A stretch of DNA of 64,000 nt, from NCBI GenBank assembly GCA_964270895.1, contig OZ185439.1; one strand, written 5' to 3'. How positions within the stretch are numbered: the stretch's first letter is position 1; every line of letters begins with the position of its first letter. Shown one piece after another: positions 39,700-54,375 of this stretch. The position numbers were made by a program, and so were the translations under genes. Source of the DNA: Podarcis filfolensis. Its lineage: Eukaryota. The notes below the pieces were generated by a model. The model ran no database searches. It was not told the DNA's origin and saw nothing but the letters and a program-made list of their open reading frames with translations.

Positions 39700-42600
39700 A
39701 TATGTTGTGTTCGTGATGGACGTGGAGTATGCATATTTTCCCTCCGAATTTCCGGGGCAAGAAAACCCCCACGCGAATGGGGGTCGTTGTTCCAGCCCAT
39801 AATCAGAATGGATAAGAATGTCAGGAAGAAAAAGGGGGCCGCCTGAATCGCCGTCCGCCAGTTCACTTTTGTTTCTCTCCTTCTGGGCCATGATCAGAGA
39901 CGGCCTTTGGGATTTGATGGCGACCTTTCTAAAGGCGAGGAAATGGGTTTGAAGGAGGGAAAAGAAAAGGAGAAAGGTCTAATCAAGCCCGGCCTTGTTC
40001 AAAGGCTCTGATTTTTATTTTTTATTTTTTGGCTGGAGGGTGGGGGTTGAAAGTGTGAGCTTTATGGTGCATCAACATGCCACGTTAGGATCGCTATGGT
40101 AATGAGCAGAGCAATAGCAAGCGCCCTTGAAAAGGAGGCACACTCCATTCGAGACAGTCTATTAAGATACATTTGCACTGACCTTTGGTTTCATGCTAGC
40201 TTAATACATTCAATCTGCTCTTCCTCAGAGATGGACTTCCTCCATCTCGTCCCCTTTGGCTTGCTTTGCTGGCTTGCTCTCTAAGGAGGGCTTTTGTTGC
40301 AGCATCTTGGATCTCTGCGATTAAGAAACAGAAGTAGGGGCGGGGGGGCGAGGCGGTTTTATAAGAGCTATCAGTGCCGAGTGAAATTTTGCACCATGGA
40401 AATCTGGGGCTGGGACTCAATAGTAGAGGACCCACTTTTGTTCAAAGCAGCCCACCTGGCTAGAATAGGACTGCTCAGGAGCAAGTCAGTAGTGGACCAG
40501 TTTTGTTTACTAGTGAGCTCACAAAACTCTTGTCTCCACGCCCCAAGCCTTAACCCTAAGACATCCTACAAGTACGGTCCAAACAGTGGTTGGTGTCAAT
40601 ATTCTTATTCATAAATGTATACATTTGCTGATCTTTGCTTTGCAAGTAACATTTCGATATTTCTGTGTCTGACTCCATCCTCCTTAGGGTCTAGCTCCTT
40701 GCTGAATGCTGCGGCTTTAAGTTGCTTTTTGACACTATTTCCTTCTTTGTAAACACACACAGTCACATCCACACACACACACTGCTGAAGATAGAGACTG
40801 AACTAGAAAGGGATGCCATTTCCAGAACAAAGACTGAGGAATCTTCTGAATTTCTTGACTCTTTCACGGAAACAAACAAGGACTAGATCCTAGGTGTGTG
40901 GCAAAAACCATGTCCCAAGAAATTAGGGTTTAATGCCTTCCAGGGCTACAGAACTTGACACTCCCAAGTCTGAGGCCACGGGCGATGGGCCATGGTCCCG
41001 GGAAAGTTAGAAGTCCATGTTCCAGTAATTGTCTTCTTGTTTATTTTATCCAAGTACCCCAGTGAATAGGGGAAAAATAAACACGCCGAACAAAAAAAAA
41101 AATTCAAACAGTCGAGTCGTCTTTAGTGCTAGCCCTTGTGGCTGAATAAAAAAGGATGGTCCAATTTCTATTGAGCTGAAAAATCTTTGAAGTGGGAGTT
41201 ATTATCTGAGAAATTCCTCCTCGTCGCCCTAACAACGCTGATGAAACGTAAAAAGGTTCTTTGTCAGCGATTTGTTCTCCCCTCTGTCAAACTCCCTCTG
41301 CCCCGTTAGCTGGGACCGTTTCTAAAGAGATGGAACCAAACTTCTTAAAAGATAACGTTGGGATGGAGACAGAAAATGTCCCAGTATACAATCAGATACA
41401 TACATCTACCTACGTCTGTCTGCCTATGTCTGTCTCTCTGTAGGTGGAGGGGGGCGTGTAGCTCTAGGGTGGGGAGGGTGGGAGGGGGAAACGAGAGGGG
41501 GGTGGAGAACGAGAGCGAGAGAGGATCCCTTCTGCTTTCTGAACTTCTCAGCCCCAGAGGAACTGCCCGACTGGATCTTCTATTCCGAACTCATTTGCTT
41601 GAATTCTGCCCAAGCCTTTGTTCTTTGCACAAAACCCAACTTCCTACGAACGCCATCCATGAACACCAAGTCTGTAGCTGCTGAACCTCGCTACCCTCCC
41701 ATTATCCCAGTATAAAGAATGCAACAGCTCGTACATGCCTTTATTGCAGGCTCGGCTCGTGTTAATGCTGAGACTACCTATTAAAAAGCACGTTTCTCTA
41801 CTGCAGTGCACTAAAATGGTTACGCCTTCAAAGCGATGGCTTCCATATGTCTCAATGTTTTATTGTCAGCGAGTGGAAAGAAAAGTAACAGCATCCCACT
41901 CACTCCGCAACTTGGTACTCTCAATTGGGAGGAAAAAACAACAACAAACTCAAGAGTCCATAGATGTCTTTGGGAATGAGATAGTGGCTTGGAGAATACA
42001 CTGCTCACCAGTTTAGCATTTCTGCCACACTGGTAGTTTTGGGTCCCCATGAAATGGTAGCATCGTTGTTGGGCCCTCTTTTGTCGCAGCCAAGTGCCGA
42101 GTGTAAACTATTGGCAGTGATCCCAGTAAGTTTTTGTTGGCTCAGAGGCTGAGGAAAGAAGAGTGGTTTAACTGGTGCCTGTTTATTGGAATATACTGGG
42201 CCTTGCATTATGAAGGCCGTCTTAGGAAGTGTAATTCGCAGACACCCTGTCCATACCTCAGTTAGCAGAAGGATTTGTCGTTTAAACTGTACATCATCAG
42301 TTCCAATCCATATGTGAAATAAGTCCTAGTGAAATAAATAATAATGACTTCTATGTATCGTGTTTAGTTTTGAAATGTTTCCAGCGGGACTCTGTGGTCC
42401 TAAACAATTTCTGAAGTAATAAGCTTCTTTGAAATAAATGAGATTCATCTTAAATTTAGGCATTTATTCAGGATTGAGGCTTAAATAGCACTTGCCTTAA
42501 TCAGAATGAAAAATATAGGCAGAAGAAGAAACACAACGCAACTCCCACCCACCCACACCATAGTATTAGGGCAATGCTTTTATTAGGCCAACAAAAATGT

Positions 42601-42750
42601 CACAAAATAGTGAGAAAGTTTTTGAGATCTCCAAAAGTTGAGACTTTAGCAAAACGGAGGTGGGGGGGGGAGAGAAAAATCGTGGCTTTGGTATCATTCT
42701 TAAAAGGGGGTGTGAGAAAAGATAGCAGAGTAAAGATGACTCCCAATGAA

Positions 42751-42903
42751 GCTTTCATAGGAGTAAGCCCCATTGAAAACAGTGGGACTTGCGGGTAAAC
42801 GAGGATTGAGCTGTAAGGCTGCAATCAGATACACATTTACCCGAGAGTAAATGTAAATCCCATTGAACTCAGTGTCACTTACTTCTGCATAGATGGTATA
42901 GGT
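42751..42903. mobile_element. Two adjacent copies of the palindromic MITE-like repeat
   Basis: GGAGTAAGCCCCATTGAAAACAGTGGGACTT, followed by GGCTGCAATC...CCCATTGAACTCAGTGTCACTTACTTCTG. Confidence 0.6.
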
Positions 42904-43456
42904 TTAAAAAAAAGGGGGGGGGGGAGAGGTTCTCCTAGGAACTTTCCAAATTTCAGGTTACATCTTCTAGGATGATTGAGTAAGAAAACACACAATGGAT
43001 GATTCCTCACCATTGAATACAGGAACTTCAGTATATAAGGGTATCTCATTTTTTAAAAAACTGATTTCAAAATCATGTGTCGTTTACAAGGAAGATTATA
43101 ATCCAAATTCAGTTTCCAATCTACCAATAGATGCAGTTTTCCCCCAGGGGTTTAATGTTTCTTTATTTGAAAAGGATATTTGTACAAATTCTGCGTAGTG
43201 TTATTGTATCTTTAAATATTTACGAAGCTTCGGTGCTTCTTTTTATAAAGATGAATTAAAATGTTTTATTTTTCGCCCTACCGTGCTATTTCCGAAAGGT
43301 TTTGTTTTTAACAATCCCCTCTTATCACTTGTACACTAAACAGCAAAAGGAAAAATCAATTCTACGCAGCAACCATGTATAATTTGGGTCGGTTTCTAAT
43401 GCGATGTAATGGCAATTATTGTTGTTGGAATATTATGGACATGTTATGTATTTTTA

Positions 43457-43470
43457 AATAAATAAATAAA
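43457..43470 (+). terminator. Candidate distal ZIC4 poly(A) signals (overlapping AATAAA; others at 41076 and 41145)
   Basis: Three overlapping AATAAA hexamers at the end of a U-rich block with TGTA motifs. Confidence 0.4.
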
Positions 43471-46400
43471 ACGAATATTGAATGAAAACATCATTGCTAT
43501 CTGAAAACTCAATCTTATGGAGAAATAATTTGTACTTTTAAAATAAAGCCCTCCATGAGAAATATAAAACTTGTTTCTTTGTGATTAAATTCGTCTTTAC
43601 TTTTCCCTTTTTTCTCCCCCCCCCCCTTTCCAGCTGATTCTTTGAAAATCAAGTATCCGTTGTGGTTTCAACAATGCCCCTTGAAAATGACAAACGATTC
43701 TCTCAAGTTAGGGTTGGAAAGCTATGGTGCCCAAGAAATGGTTTGGCGCAGGAAAATAATATCTGCTTTCTACTACACTAGTGTTTTGTTTTTATAAATA
43801 TTTCCAGAACTGCGGGGGTGGGATTGTCTTGTTTTTAAGAAGTTAGTTCACTGGCAGATAGTAATCAATCCCTTTTTCAATGTGAATAGTCCATAATGAG
43901 TCCCCTCAAATTTCTCCGCCTTCCCACAACTGTATATATCTATCTATCGAACGCTGCTAGCTGTCTATGCCTACTACTGCGTTTTGCTGCACATGCGCAT
44001 TGTGCAAGTCGTTGATTTGCCTTTCTCCTGCTTGGAAATATTATGAGTGCAAGAGTGGAATCCTATGCGCGCTCACTCGACAGTAAGTCCCGTCGAAATC
44101 AGTTGGAGCAAGCAAGCTATATATAGGATCGGGCTGTCATTGCACTAAAGGAGGACAGGTCACTAAAATCAGCGAGACTCACACCCAAGTAAACGTGCTT
44201 GATGGCTAGCGTCTGTAGCACTTCCTTTTTGCTGGGAAGGAAGGTGTGCTTATACAAACGGTGCTTAGATCTGAGTAAAGCTGGGATAGGGCGATTGGTT
44301 GACTGCCCAGTCCTATGCGTGTTTGGAAGCAAGTCCCCCTGTGCTCCTCTCTAGCTTCTATCCCACCTTAGTTGTGTTCCTCACACTCCTTGCTTGCATT
44401 CTTCACAACCGGCCCGTTACTATGCATCTACAGAGAAGCCGAACTATATGACCAAGGTGGGGTAGAGGAAGACCAGGTTAGTGGAACGTGGGAAAGGAGA
44501 TCAAGGAAGTGAGGGGAATGTGGGTTGTTCTACAGACGGCAAGGTTGGCGGGTAGGAACCAGGACGACAAAAAACAAAACAACGCCCCCTAACCCCAACC
44601 CAACGCTGGAGAGTCGGTGGCTATTAAAGCCAAGAGTTATATGGCCCCTAATCGCAGACAGAAGCCCTGTAATCATCATTACACTCGGCTGTAGTCAGCA
44701 AGACATGGAAGGTTCCCTCGGACAACATGGGGAGAGACGTGTGGGCAGGCTTCCCTACTCTTTCTATAGACGCTGCCGCCTTTTTCTTCCTTTAATGCTG
44801 ACAATCCATTTCGGATGGCTTCCTCCCCTGTTGCTTTCTAGCATCGATCCCCATGCAAGCCCCTGCATTGTGCGGGCGCATTAATTAAAGACCATTCATT
44901 TCACAAAAGGCCATTTGTATCTTTAGGAAATGAAGATTAGAAATATGAATCAGGACGGCCGAGCCCCGTTTCCGCCCAGGCACACTATACAAGGGAGAGG
45001 GGCTGGGGGGGGGAGGCAGGCAGAAGAAGAAAGGACCTTCGGGGTCTTTGCAACCTCCTTTAATTGAATGCCCATAAAAACGAATGGCCCGCGCTTCTCT
45101 CTAGAAGTGTATGACCCGGGGGGTGGTGATGATCCGCCCTCGCCGCCAGGCTTCTCGTGTAGAGACGGTTAGATTCGAAGGTAGTGTCAGGCGGAAGCTG
45201 GCCCTCGGGTTTTGGTCCGGTTCCTGGAAATACATTTCCGCTTTCTGAGTAAAGGACCAGGAATGTTTCAGAAATGAAAGTTTTGCCAGGAGGAACACAA
45301 TGGACACTTTGGGGTTAGAGGTTGCGAGCCACGAGTTAAGTTGACTTTGTGCTAAATGTTCCCTGCGCTGTTGGAAGAAACGATGTGTGTATAGTGTGTT
45401 ACGTGGAGATCCAGAGAAATTAATGCCATGTTCGTTTGCAGGCATACAACATAGCTTCCATGAATTGCTCTCCTGAAATCTTTGTTCGAAACAACTCTTG
45501 AAATCTACCAGGGGTTGATGGGTCACAGGCCATGGTCGTGTCACTACGGAGTGAAGGAGTACCCTCTCGTCTTCTTGCCTGCTTCCCATACAATTCAATG
45601 GGGCTTGCACAAGAGGCTCCTCCGGTGGGTTGTGTTTTATACATTTTCAGGCCCGGTATATTCACATCCAGTAGCTAGCTACACCAAATGGAAACGAGGC
45701 GCAATGTCGTCTATGCTGACTAGGCACTCTGAGAGCCAGAGTATTCCATTATGTCGATGAAAATAGAGAGATTTGAAACCTTAACGCTTAACTTTCTAAG
45801 TGGTACTGACCGCTAAGCACACACACATGAGAATTTGGGAGGCAAGCCTAGGCTGGATTTCATGTAATGTGCTCAAAGGATGGGTCCAATGAGATGACTG
45901 GGTATTACAGGTCAGATAGATGCACGCTACAACTGGTGCACACAGTCGCGTGAACTTAGCATCGTGGCGTTCCCACGTACATCAACCCTCTTGCTGGCGT
46001 CAGAACCAAAGGAAGAAGTAATAGAAACCAGAGTAAAATTAGGGAATTAAAGGTAATCGAGTGTCCTCTCCTGCTTTCACTCCCCACTTTTCTCATGCGC
46101 ACCAGAAATATCCCCAGTTTCACTTAAAACCCAGCATGTTATCTGGGTCATATGTTCGTTTGCTTACACTCACATTATTTTAGGTTACCTTCTGAGAATG
46201 GTGATTTCCAAATGAAGGCGAAAATGCATGGAGGCATGCATACATCTATTTAAAGCACGTTCTTCCTTTGAGCCTCATGCAACCTCCTAACCAAAGAGTA
46301 AGTCTTCTTTTGATAGAAAAGAATTCATTTTGATATAATATAATCCCTATTCCGTAGAGATAGGATGCAGAAATGATACATCATCGGAATTTTTTTATAC

Positions 46401-48968
46401 CCTTCTTCTTACTTGTTTATTCAAAAGAACTGCTGCAACCTTTGCAAAGGTGCAAAATGTTTCCTTTCTTTCTATGCATGTTCAGGAACTAAAGAAAGCT
46501 ACAGTATGTGGTAATTAGTTCTTTAAAAAACACACAGAGAGAGAGTGTGTGAAAACAATGCAAAAATGATCAGCATCATTATAAATGTTTTATTTTCACG
46601 GATATATCCTGAATGATATATTGAAAGAGCAGTTCCTTCTTTTGCAAATTAACCTTTGAACCTTGGCTGAATCCCTTCGCCGCTGCTACGTTAGTAGCAT
46701 TCAAAATGCAGTTTGAAGAAGGTAGGTTTACTTTTTCAAAACTGTTTCTGCACATCTTTCTTCCTCTTAAGAGCAAATAAATCGATGAAGATTGCAGAAC
46801 GTGGACATTACTAGCAAGTTCTTCGGGGGGGAAATGGATTCAAAATATTTCTTGTGACGTTTCCTAAACATGGGGGTGGAAGAAACCTTTCGATCAATGC
46901 ATAAATTTGGAAAATGCATTAATTGGGAAAATTGCTGAATGATCCAACATCTCCTTCCTTTCTTCAAAGAAACCTGATCACTTTTTAGTTACGTATATGC
47001 ATATATATTTTTAAGATTTCTACTTAACCGTGAAAACTTTCTACATTCTCTCCCAATACTTTTGTCCCTTTTCTCTCTGTATGTTTTGCAGTGTTGGGGA
47101 CCTCGATCCACAGCCCAGTTAAGCGAGGGGCTTCATTTATTACCTGTTTCATTGGCCTTCGGTGTGGCTCAGTCGGTTTAAATACACTTACTCTCGTCTG
47201 ACTGAATGGTGGCAGAGTTCTCAGATGCTTTCACATAATAAGCCAACCCTTTATATTATTCCTCTTTAAAACTGACTACCTCAAGGCTTAGGTGAAGTTG
47301 TTCTTCACTGAAACGTCGAAAACAACCCCACAACCCACCTCATCTGAATCAATCACATTAATCTCAACTGAACTACTTAAGAGGGGGGAAATGTAGCCAT
47401 GCAACATAGTGCTATTGTTTTATTGACTCCGAATCTATTCACAAGTGTCGAGTTTGAAGATATTACAGCACTCTTTAGCATATTTATTTATTGATATGGC
47501 TAGAACAATATATCTCCAGGTAGCCCGTGACAATTTTATTCTCTCCCTTAGCAATAGCTTAGCTATGCTGCTAAACATCCGGATAAATCTGGTCTCTACT
47601 ATAACTGCTTGTATTTTTCCTAAACTTGAAAATGTGGGTAGTGGTGTGTGGGTGTGGGTGGGTGTTACACAAGCACACAAAAGAAAAACAACAACGTTTG
47701 ATTGGGGATAGGGAGTACCTCAGATTATTTTTTTAATCGTCCAGGAAACGGTCCAATTTAAGAGGGGCGGGGAAAACAGTTGTAAAAATTCAGACACTCC
47801 TTTAAGTGTGAAATATCATTTCATTGTGCAAAGTTAAAAAGAGAGCCGGTAATCCAACTTCCGGAAAGTGTTCTGAATTATTTCAGCAGACTCTTTTAAA
47901 GGGGATTAGCAGGGCTTTGGGGGCACAATCCTTCTGTTTTATTCAATCTCTGATTTTATGTTATAATTACGAGATGTAAAGCCTCTTGAATTAGTATGCA
48001 GCCGTGGTCCAGACATTATGCAGGTGCTATTCTAATCATTCAGCTTTTTAATTAAGGGACGAGGTAAGAAAACAGAATAATAAAAACACTTTTGTGAGAG
48101 CTGAGAAAATTGTGAGCGACTGAATGAAAGAAGCCTTTATACCTTCTCCTGACAGGTCAGACACCAATTGCCTGACTTACGACCTTTTCTTGGTGAAACA
48201 AGGCTGAACAGCTTTCTCACCTTGTTCCCATTATATGGCTTTTATACTCGTGGAGAACTTATGGAAATGCCAATAAGATTCTTACTTAAATTGAGGGGTG
48301 GGAGGCAGGGAAGCCGTAGATATTTCCATTATAATAGATAGGTAGTTTATAAGAAATTACTTCCTCTCTTAACATTCTCAAATGGGTGGCCAACGTGGAT
48401 ATCAGCGATGGCCACTAACATTAATTATTTGTCTTTTTTTAAAAAAAAGAGAGAAAAACGTTTCCTTTGGATGTAATCCTGGCATAAGGCAGTTCCAGGA
48501 TGGAGGAGGTGCTGTGGAATAAGCATCGCTGGTGTTTTGTTATATGTTCCAACTTTCAAGCATAAAGTTTCTGAAACAGGCCTTTAGCAGATTAACAGCA
48601 CAAACGTAGCCACGTCTACTCATAAGTAGTTAAATCAAATGGACTTGCTCCCAGGTAAATGGGGCTAGGATCGCCCCTGAAGTCTACTCTGAAGGTTGCC
48701 CACAAGCTAAATAAATAGGATTTAAACCTACTAATTTAGGGCTGCAGTCCTAAAAAATGGAGAGTTAATAAGTCCCTTTATTATCAGATGCTTTTCATTG
48801 TTAAGCCCAATTGTAGTTAAACACTCTCCTCTAAGAGTGTGATCCTAACTACTTTTAGTGAAACGTAAATCCCGCTGTGTCCAGCGGCGTTTACTTGGGA
48901 GTAAACTAGCAAACCATTGCACCACACTGACACTTCACTCTTTCCGTCATGTAGTTTGTTTGCTTGTT

Positions 48969-49165
48969 GGACTACAACTCAAGAAAACCCAGGTTCAGTT
49001 TCTCCACCCATACCCAGTTGTGAAGCTCCCTGCACCATCTTGGGCTGGTTACCTCCTCTCGGCTTAGCCTAACTCACAGGGTTGTTGTTAAACAATAAGA
49101 GGCAAGTGGAGAAATACGTGCGCCCCTCTCTGCCCTAGATCCTTGAAGGAAGGGTGGGATAAACA
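48969..49165 (+). mobile_element. Squamate CORE-type SINE (Squam3-like), copy 1
   Basis: CCCAGGTTCA head and CTCACAGGGTTGTTGT core; homologous to the neighbouring copy at 49510-49690. Confidence 0.6.
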
Positions 49166-49509
49166 TGGAATGAAATGAAGCCAATTCAATCCATCTCGAC
49201 TAGCTCTTAGGTAGACGTGCGCAGCCTCGGGCCGCACCAAAATATCAACAAATCTGACCTCAAGCAGTGGTCATTATTTCTCCAACGCAAGAAACTGAGG
49301 GTTGTTCTGGTGGTATATGCTGGAAAGCACTGTAAGGCTTTCAGATACTCGACTGGCATTACCTCGACTGGGTTGAAGGCGGCCTAAAGAGCATTCCCAG
49401 GGCGTTTCCATTCTAGGCACTGCTATATCTCTTCATCAAGGGAGCTGCATCACGTGCTCACACCTGGTCACGCCCCCTGACCCGAAGTCCCGCCCTCCTG
49501 ACGAGTCTG

Positions 49510-49690
49510 GTTACGAAGAGTCTGGAAGAGAGGAGCAAGGTACTCACATGCCATGAAGTTCCCTAGGTGACCCTGGCCAGTCGTCTCTCAGCCAAACCTA
49601 CCTCACAGGGTTGTTGCGAGGATGAAATGAGGGCAGGGAGAACTATCTACGCCACCTTGTGCTCCTTGGAAGAAAGGTGGGATGTTAGTG
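49510..49690 (+). mobile_element. Squamate CORE-type SINE (Squam3-like), copy 2
   Basis: CTCTCAGCCAAACCTACCTCACAGGGTTGTTGCGAGGATGAAATG...GCCACCTTGTGCTCCTTGGAAGAAAGGTGGGAT matches the recalled family pattern. Confidence 0.7.
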
Positions 49691-50564
49691 TAAGGTGGGT
49701 GTCAACCCTTTTTAGTTCAGTGTGGGAGAAACCCAAGTGCAGCTTAACTTTAACCCGATTCTCATCATGTTTATTTGGAAGTAAGTCACCTAAACCTACC
49801 CAGTATGTGTAGGTATTCTTAGGACTCGTTCCTCGCAGGCAAGAAATTCCGCTGAAATCGGTGGGACCGCTATAGAAATGAACTGTAAAAAGGATGAAAT
49901 CCCAAGCCCTTCAATTCGAGACTTGGGCTGTCAACAGGAGGATTTGGGTCGTTCCATTTCATTTGCTCTCCCACCACCTAAAAGGTCCAAGCCCCACATC
50001 CCAAACTGATTTGTGTCTCCCTCTGCCCAGGGCAGCGGGGCTCTTGACTTCATCGGTGACAGTTGGATCGCTCCACGAAGGATTTTGGAATTCCCTCGGT
50101 CAGATCCAGATTCACTCCATAATGTGTGTGCGCGTGAGCGAGTGACTGAATCGAGCCCACGTGCTTCTCGATCCAGCGTAGGCAGAGGTCCATTTCTCTT
50201 TCCCTCCTTCGCCTAGTTTGTCTTTGCAACTAATTGCATTTGCAAGAAGAAAGGCAAAGTTTGTTCTTTGGTTCTTGGAAGGAATATTAATAGGAGGAGA
50301 AAGAGGCGGGGCAGGGGCTGGGTGGGGGAGAGACCGGCTGGACTTTGGTGTACTGTATGCAAATATAGTGGGGGGGGGGGGAGAGTCCTTTTTTTTTTTT
50401 AGGGAAGGGATCTTTTGGAGTTGGCTTTCTTTATTCAAATGGAAAACCTCCCTCTCTCTCCCTTTCATTTCCTGTCCCAGAACCACCTCCCGCGTCACCT
50501 CCCGCCCCAGTTCGGAGCAGAGTTCATTGACTGTAAATGAATCAATCCGGAATGCTCTGAGACT

Positions 50565-50627
50565 TTCTTCTTCTTCTTCTTCTTCTTCTTCTTCTTCTTC
50601 TTCTTCTTCTTCTTCTTCTTCTTCTTC
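50565..50627. repeat. Perfect (TTC)21 triplet repeat
   Basis: Directly visible; explains the poly-S and poly-K ORFs in the track. Confidence 0.95.
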
Positions 50628-53600
50628 AGAACAATGCCAAGTATTAGGATATCAGGAGCACTCGAAATGATCAGGAGTTCAATGATTTTGCTTTCACGGA
50701 TGAGGAGTCTTAGTTCTCTCTCTCTCCTCCCCCCCCCCCCGCCTCCCAATGTAAATCAAGCGCTTTAGTTATTAAGGCTGTGCACTAATCTCCAACAACC
50801 TCCGCATAATGTGCCCGATGCGCCGCACCACTTCGCACCTGCATCCTGAATAGAGGCTCCTTTTCAATGGAAGACACGCTTGTTGGCCCTGCTCTCCAAA
50901 GAAGTTGTCTGAATAAGTCAAGCTCGCTGAATGCCCAGACTCGTTTTCGCTTGCTTGCCTTTGATCAGGGAAAATGGCTCCTAATTTGTCCGGGTTTTTT
51001 TCTTCTTCTTCATTGTAACATCGTTTTGAGGTCTCATTCTCTCTCTCTCTCTCTCTTCTTAAATAAAAGAAGAAAAAGTGTCCAAACCACATTTTCCTTA
51101 AAGGGGGAATACATTGCCCCGCCCGCGGGGAAAAACCAAAAAACAAAAAGTAAACGCAAATATGTTACGTTGTGATGGGAGGTCATTCACCTCCACCGGC
51201 TGTTTGGAAGTCCCAAGCAAATAATCCCCAGCTATTTCCCCTTGGTCAAGTTGAGTTTTTGTTTAGTGTTTTGTTTTGTTTTTGAGGAGAGGGGGGATTT
51301 CCTCTCAGTTCCTTTTCTATAGTTCTACAGAAACAATAAAAGACCCGCACATTTTTCAGGAGGAAGAAAACCCGGAGCATTAAAGTCAACTGCTTAGAGA
51401 CGGGCGAGGACTCAGAGGAATGGGTATACATATGGTGTGTATGTAGGCGTGCATGTACACACATGCACACATACGCAGAATACACAGCCACAAACGATAG
51501 TGGGCTTTTACACTGCTGCCACCCTCGGTGGAATCTTATGATGAAGGGTGGGTAAGAATACTACTGCTATTGTTATTAATATTACTACTATTATTATCAC
51601 TACTACTAATAACAACAGCAATAATAATAATAATAATAAGTGCCTGACTTTCTAAAAAGCAACTGGGGGGTCAACAGCGAGAATATATTTTATTTACTTT
51701 ATTTGCTTTTTTATTTTAATCATCCAATCAACTGTAGCTGAAGAATCCTGTGTAACAGGAAACCTCGTTGTTGTTTTTAAAGCACAAATCAGGCGCAACC
51801 CTTGTCACTGGGTTTGCAATCCTAATCGCACTTACTTGAAAGCAAATCCCATGGAACTCAAGGCGCCTTAGTTCTTCTGAATAAACATGGACAGGACTGT
51901 ACTCCGAGTCTCTAACCCAAAGGACACTAACCCGGAAGTAAGTCCCTTTGAACCAAGCGGAAAGGAGTAAACAAACATACAGAAGCTTAGGTTGAACAGG
52001 GTGAGCGCTATCGGAGTGGCGAGGTTTGTTTATGTTTGGGTATCTGAGTAGACAGCAACAAGGCAGTGGCTGTTGCTCTGATTCTTTAACGTAGCCATGT
52101 TTGTCTTGTTTGTTTGTTTAGTTCTATTTTTAGCTCGCCTTTCAATCATATCGATTTCCGAAGCGGGGCACAATTAAAATTTGTCCATACAAATAGAATC
52201 GTAATCCAACAATAAAACAGCAGAGGGACAAGGCGGATGGGGTGGGAAATCAGGAGAGGACATTAGCTATAGTCAAAGGCGAATAAGAAAAGACCTGCTT
52301 AAGGCTGTCATTCTAAGCACGCTCACTCGTGAGTAAACGCCATTGAAGACAGCAGGGTTTACCTTCGAGGAGAAATGCGTAAGATCGCTCTCTAAGATGG
52401 AAGTTAATGGGACTAAGCCAAAACAGGTCGTTGGCATATCCCATAACAGCAACAACAGGCTGGATGTATAGAATCTAAAAAGAAGCAGCACCTCTGGACA
52501 TTTTTCTCTGAACATCTCTGAGGAACAATTATGTGTTTTTTGGAATGAAGACTGGTTGCTTCCCCCCCAAAAAAAGTCTGTATTCCGAAAAATCTTAATA
52601 TAAAGATGCTTCTCTTATTTCTCGATAGACAAACGGGACATTCTCCGCTTTTAAGTGATCCGTCTTAAAAGGGTGCTCTGAGGTTGAGCTTCCTGTGGGA
52701 GAGGGAGTCATGGTGTCCTTAATACAGCCCCCTCCTCAACAATCTCTACGGATAAGCTTCCAGAAGCAGAGCCTTCCTTGAGACCGTGTCCTCATTCTCA
52801 AATGAGAGGGCTTGGACATTCCAGCTGAGATAAACTCAGGTTATGATTGTTGCAAGATGACACCGCCCCCGTCAGGTAAGAGCCATCCGGCACATTAGGC
52901 AGCAACAAACACAGGTGATTCACCGGTAGAGATGCTCAACTGGTAGCTGCAATCAGTCCTGCCTCTTTGACTCTTTATTTTGTTTCATTAGATGATTTAT
53001 ATACCGCTTAACTACGTTCATCTGTGAGCAGTGTGCATGAATTACAATTCAGAAAATGTAAAACTCGGTTAAAACTATAAAATCAGACTTCAATTCAAAT
53101 GCCTGCTGGATTTCCTTTATTAAAGACTCCAATAGGCACCCCGAAGTTCGGCTGGGAGGGAGCCTCCCTGACCTCAACTATACAAATGTCGTCGTGTGAG
53201 ACAAATATTTCCCAACGAAATGAATGCCTTCACACTTTGCACGTGTGAACAGGCCTAAGTCGGTCATTTCAATTGACTTTCATGCAAAAGCTTAGGAATG
53301 AGGTATGTTCTGTACCATAGGCAGTGAGAAGGGTTAACTCCCACTCACCCAAATGTATTATAGATCTCAGGTGGACTGAGGACTATATTCCTTGGCTATT
53401 ATTGGACCATCATTCCCGGAACGCAACAAATGGTCTTCAAACTCAACCACTCCGCCCAAATCCTTAACATATCCAACAGAAGCTGCTGGGAGTTAGCATG
53501 AACTCTCCTTCCCGTTCCTGCAGACCTCCTGTCTCGGCGGTCCTCTTCTAGGTGTCTTGGCGGTTCATCTTCAGCGTCTTCTACCTCTCACCGATTACAG

Positions 53601-54227
53601 AGCCAGAGCCGCGGCACCAGATTTCATGACCATTGAAATCAACGGGGATTCAAAATGCTGTTGGTAATGAAATGGGCGGCCTTGACCCTCTCATCCCAGG
53701 AATCCCTCCTTCCGGTTTCTGACATGTGCCAGTTGCATTGGCAAACTTTCTCGCGTTGCATGCACTGCTTTCCTTTGCTATGCACCAATTCGGGGCATGC
53801 ACTCGCGGTTTCAGAATTTGAGCAGCCGTCGCTGCCTGGTGGTGACCTAACATGACTCAAATCCCCAGGTATACGTGGATCCAGCAAAAACCTCCAGCCA
53901 GCTTCCCCTCTCTCCACCTTTCTCTTTCGTCTTCCCTCCCCTCCCCTCTAGGAACACCAAGCGGTTTCTTTCTGACATTACCGTAGGCTTGGACTAATAG
54001 AAAGCTAAGATCTCGCCCAGCCCGCTTCCCGCCCCCGCCCGCCAATACAGTTTAAAACACTTTGATGTCTTGCCAGGAAATACACTTCCTTCAAAGAGGC
54101 ATGTCAACATTTGTTTTTCCCATTAAATGGCGTTTAGTTGCCACTGGAAGAAAAAAAAAATGATGCTAAAAGACCACTTTTTAATTCGATGTATAACAAC
54201 CGCGGGGGTCTAAGAGAAAATAACGGC

Positions 54228-54375
54228 NNNNNNNNNNNNNNNNNNNNNNNNNNNNNNNNNNNNNNNNNNNNNNNNNNNNNNNNNNNNNNNNNNNNNNNNN
54301 NNNNNNNNNNNNNNNNNNNNNNNNNNNNNNNNNNNNNNNNNNNNNNNNNNNNNNNNNNNNNNNNNNNNNNNNNNN
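54228..54375. other. N gap (148 nt)
   Basis: Run of N. Confidence 1.

Noticed and set aside
45101-45610. 169-aa minus-strand ORF as a retroelement protein remnant
   Set aside because: No recognisable RT, endonuclease, integrase or gag motifs.
50218-50749. Poly-Ser and poly-Lys ORFs
   Set aside because: Translation of the (TTC)21 repeat.
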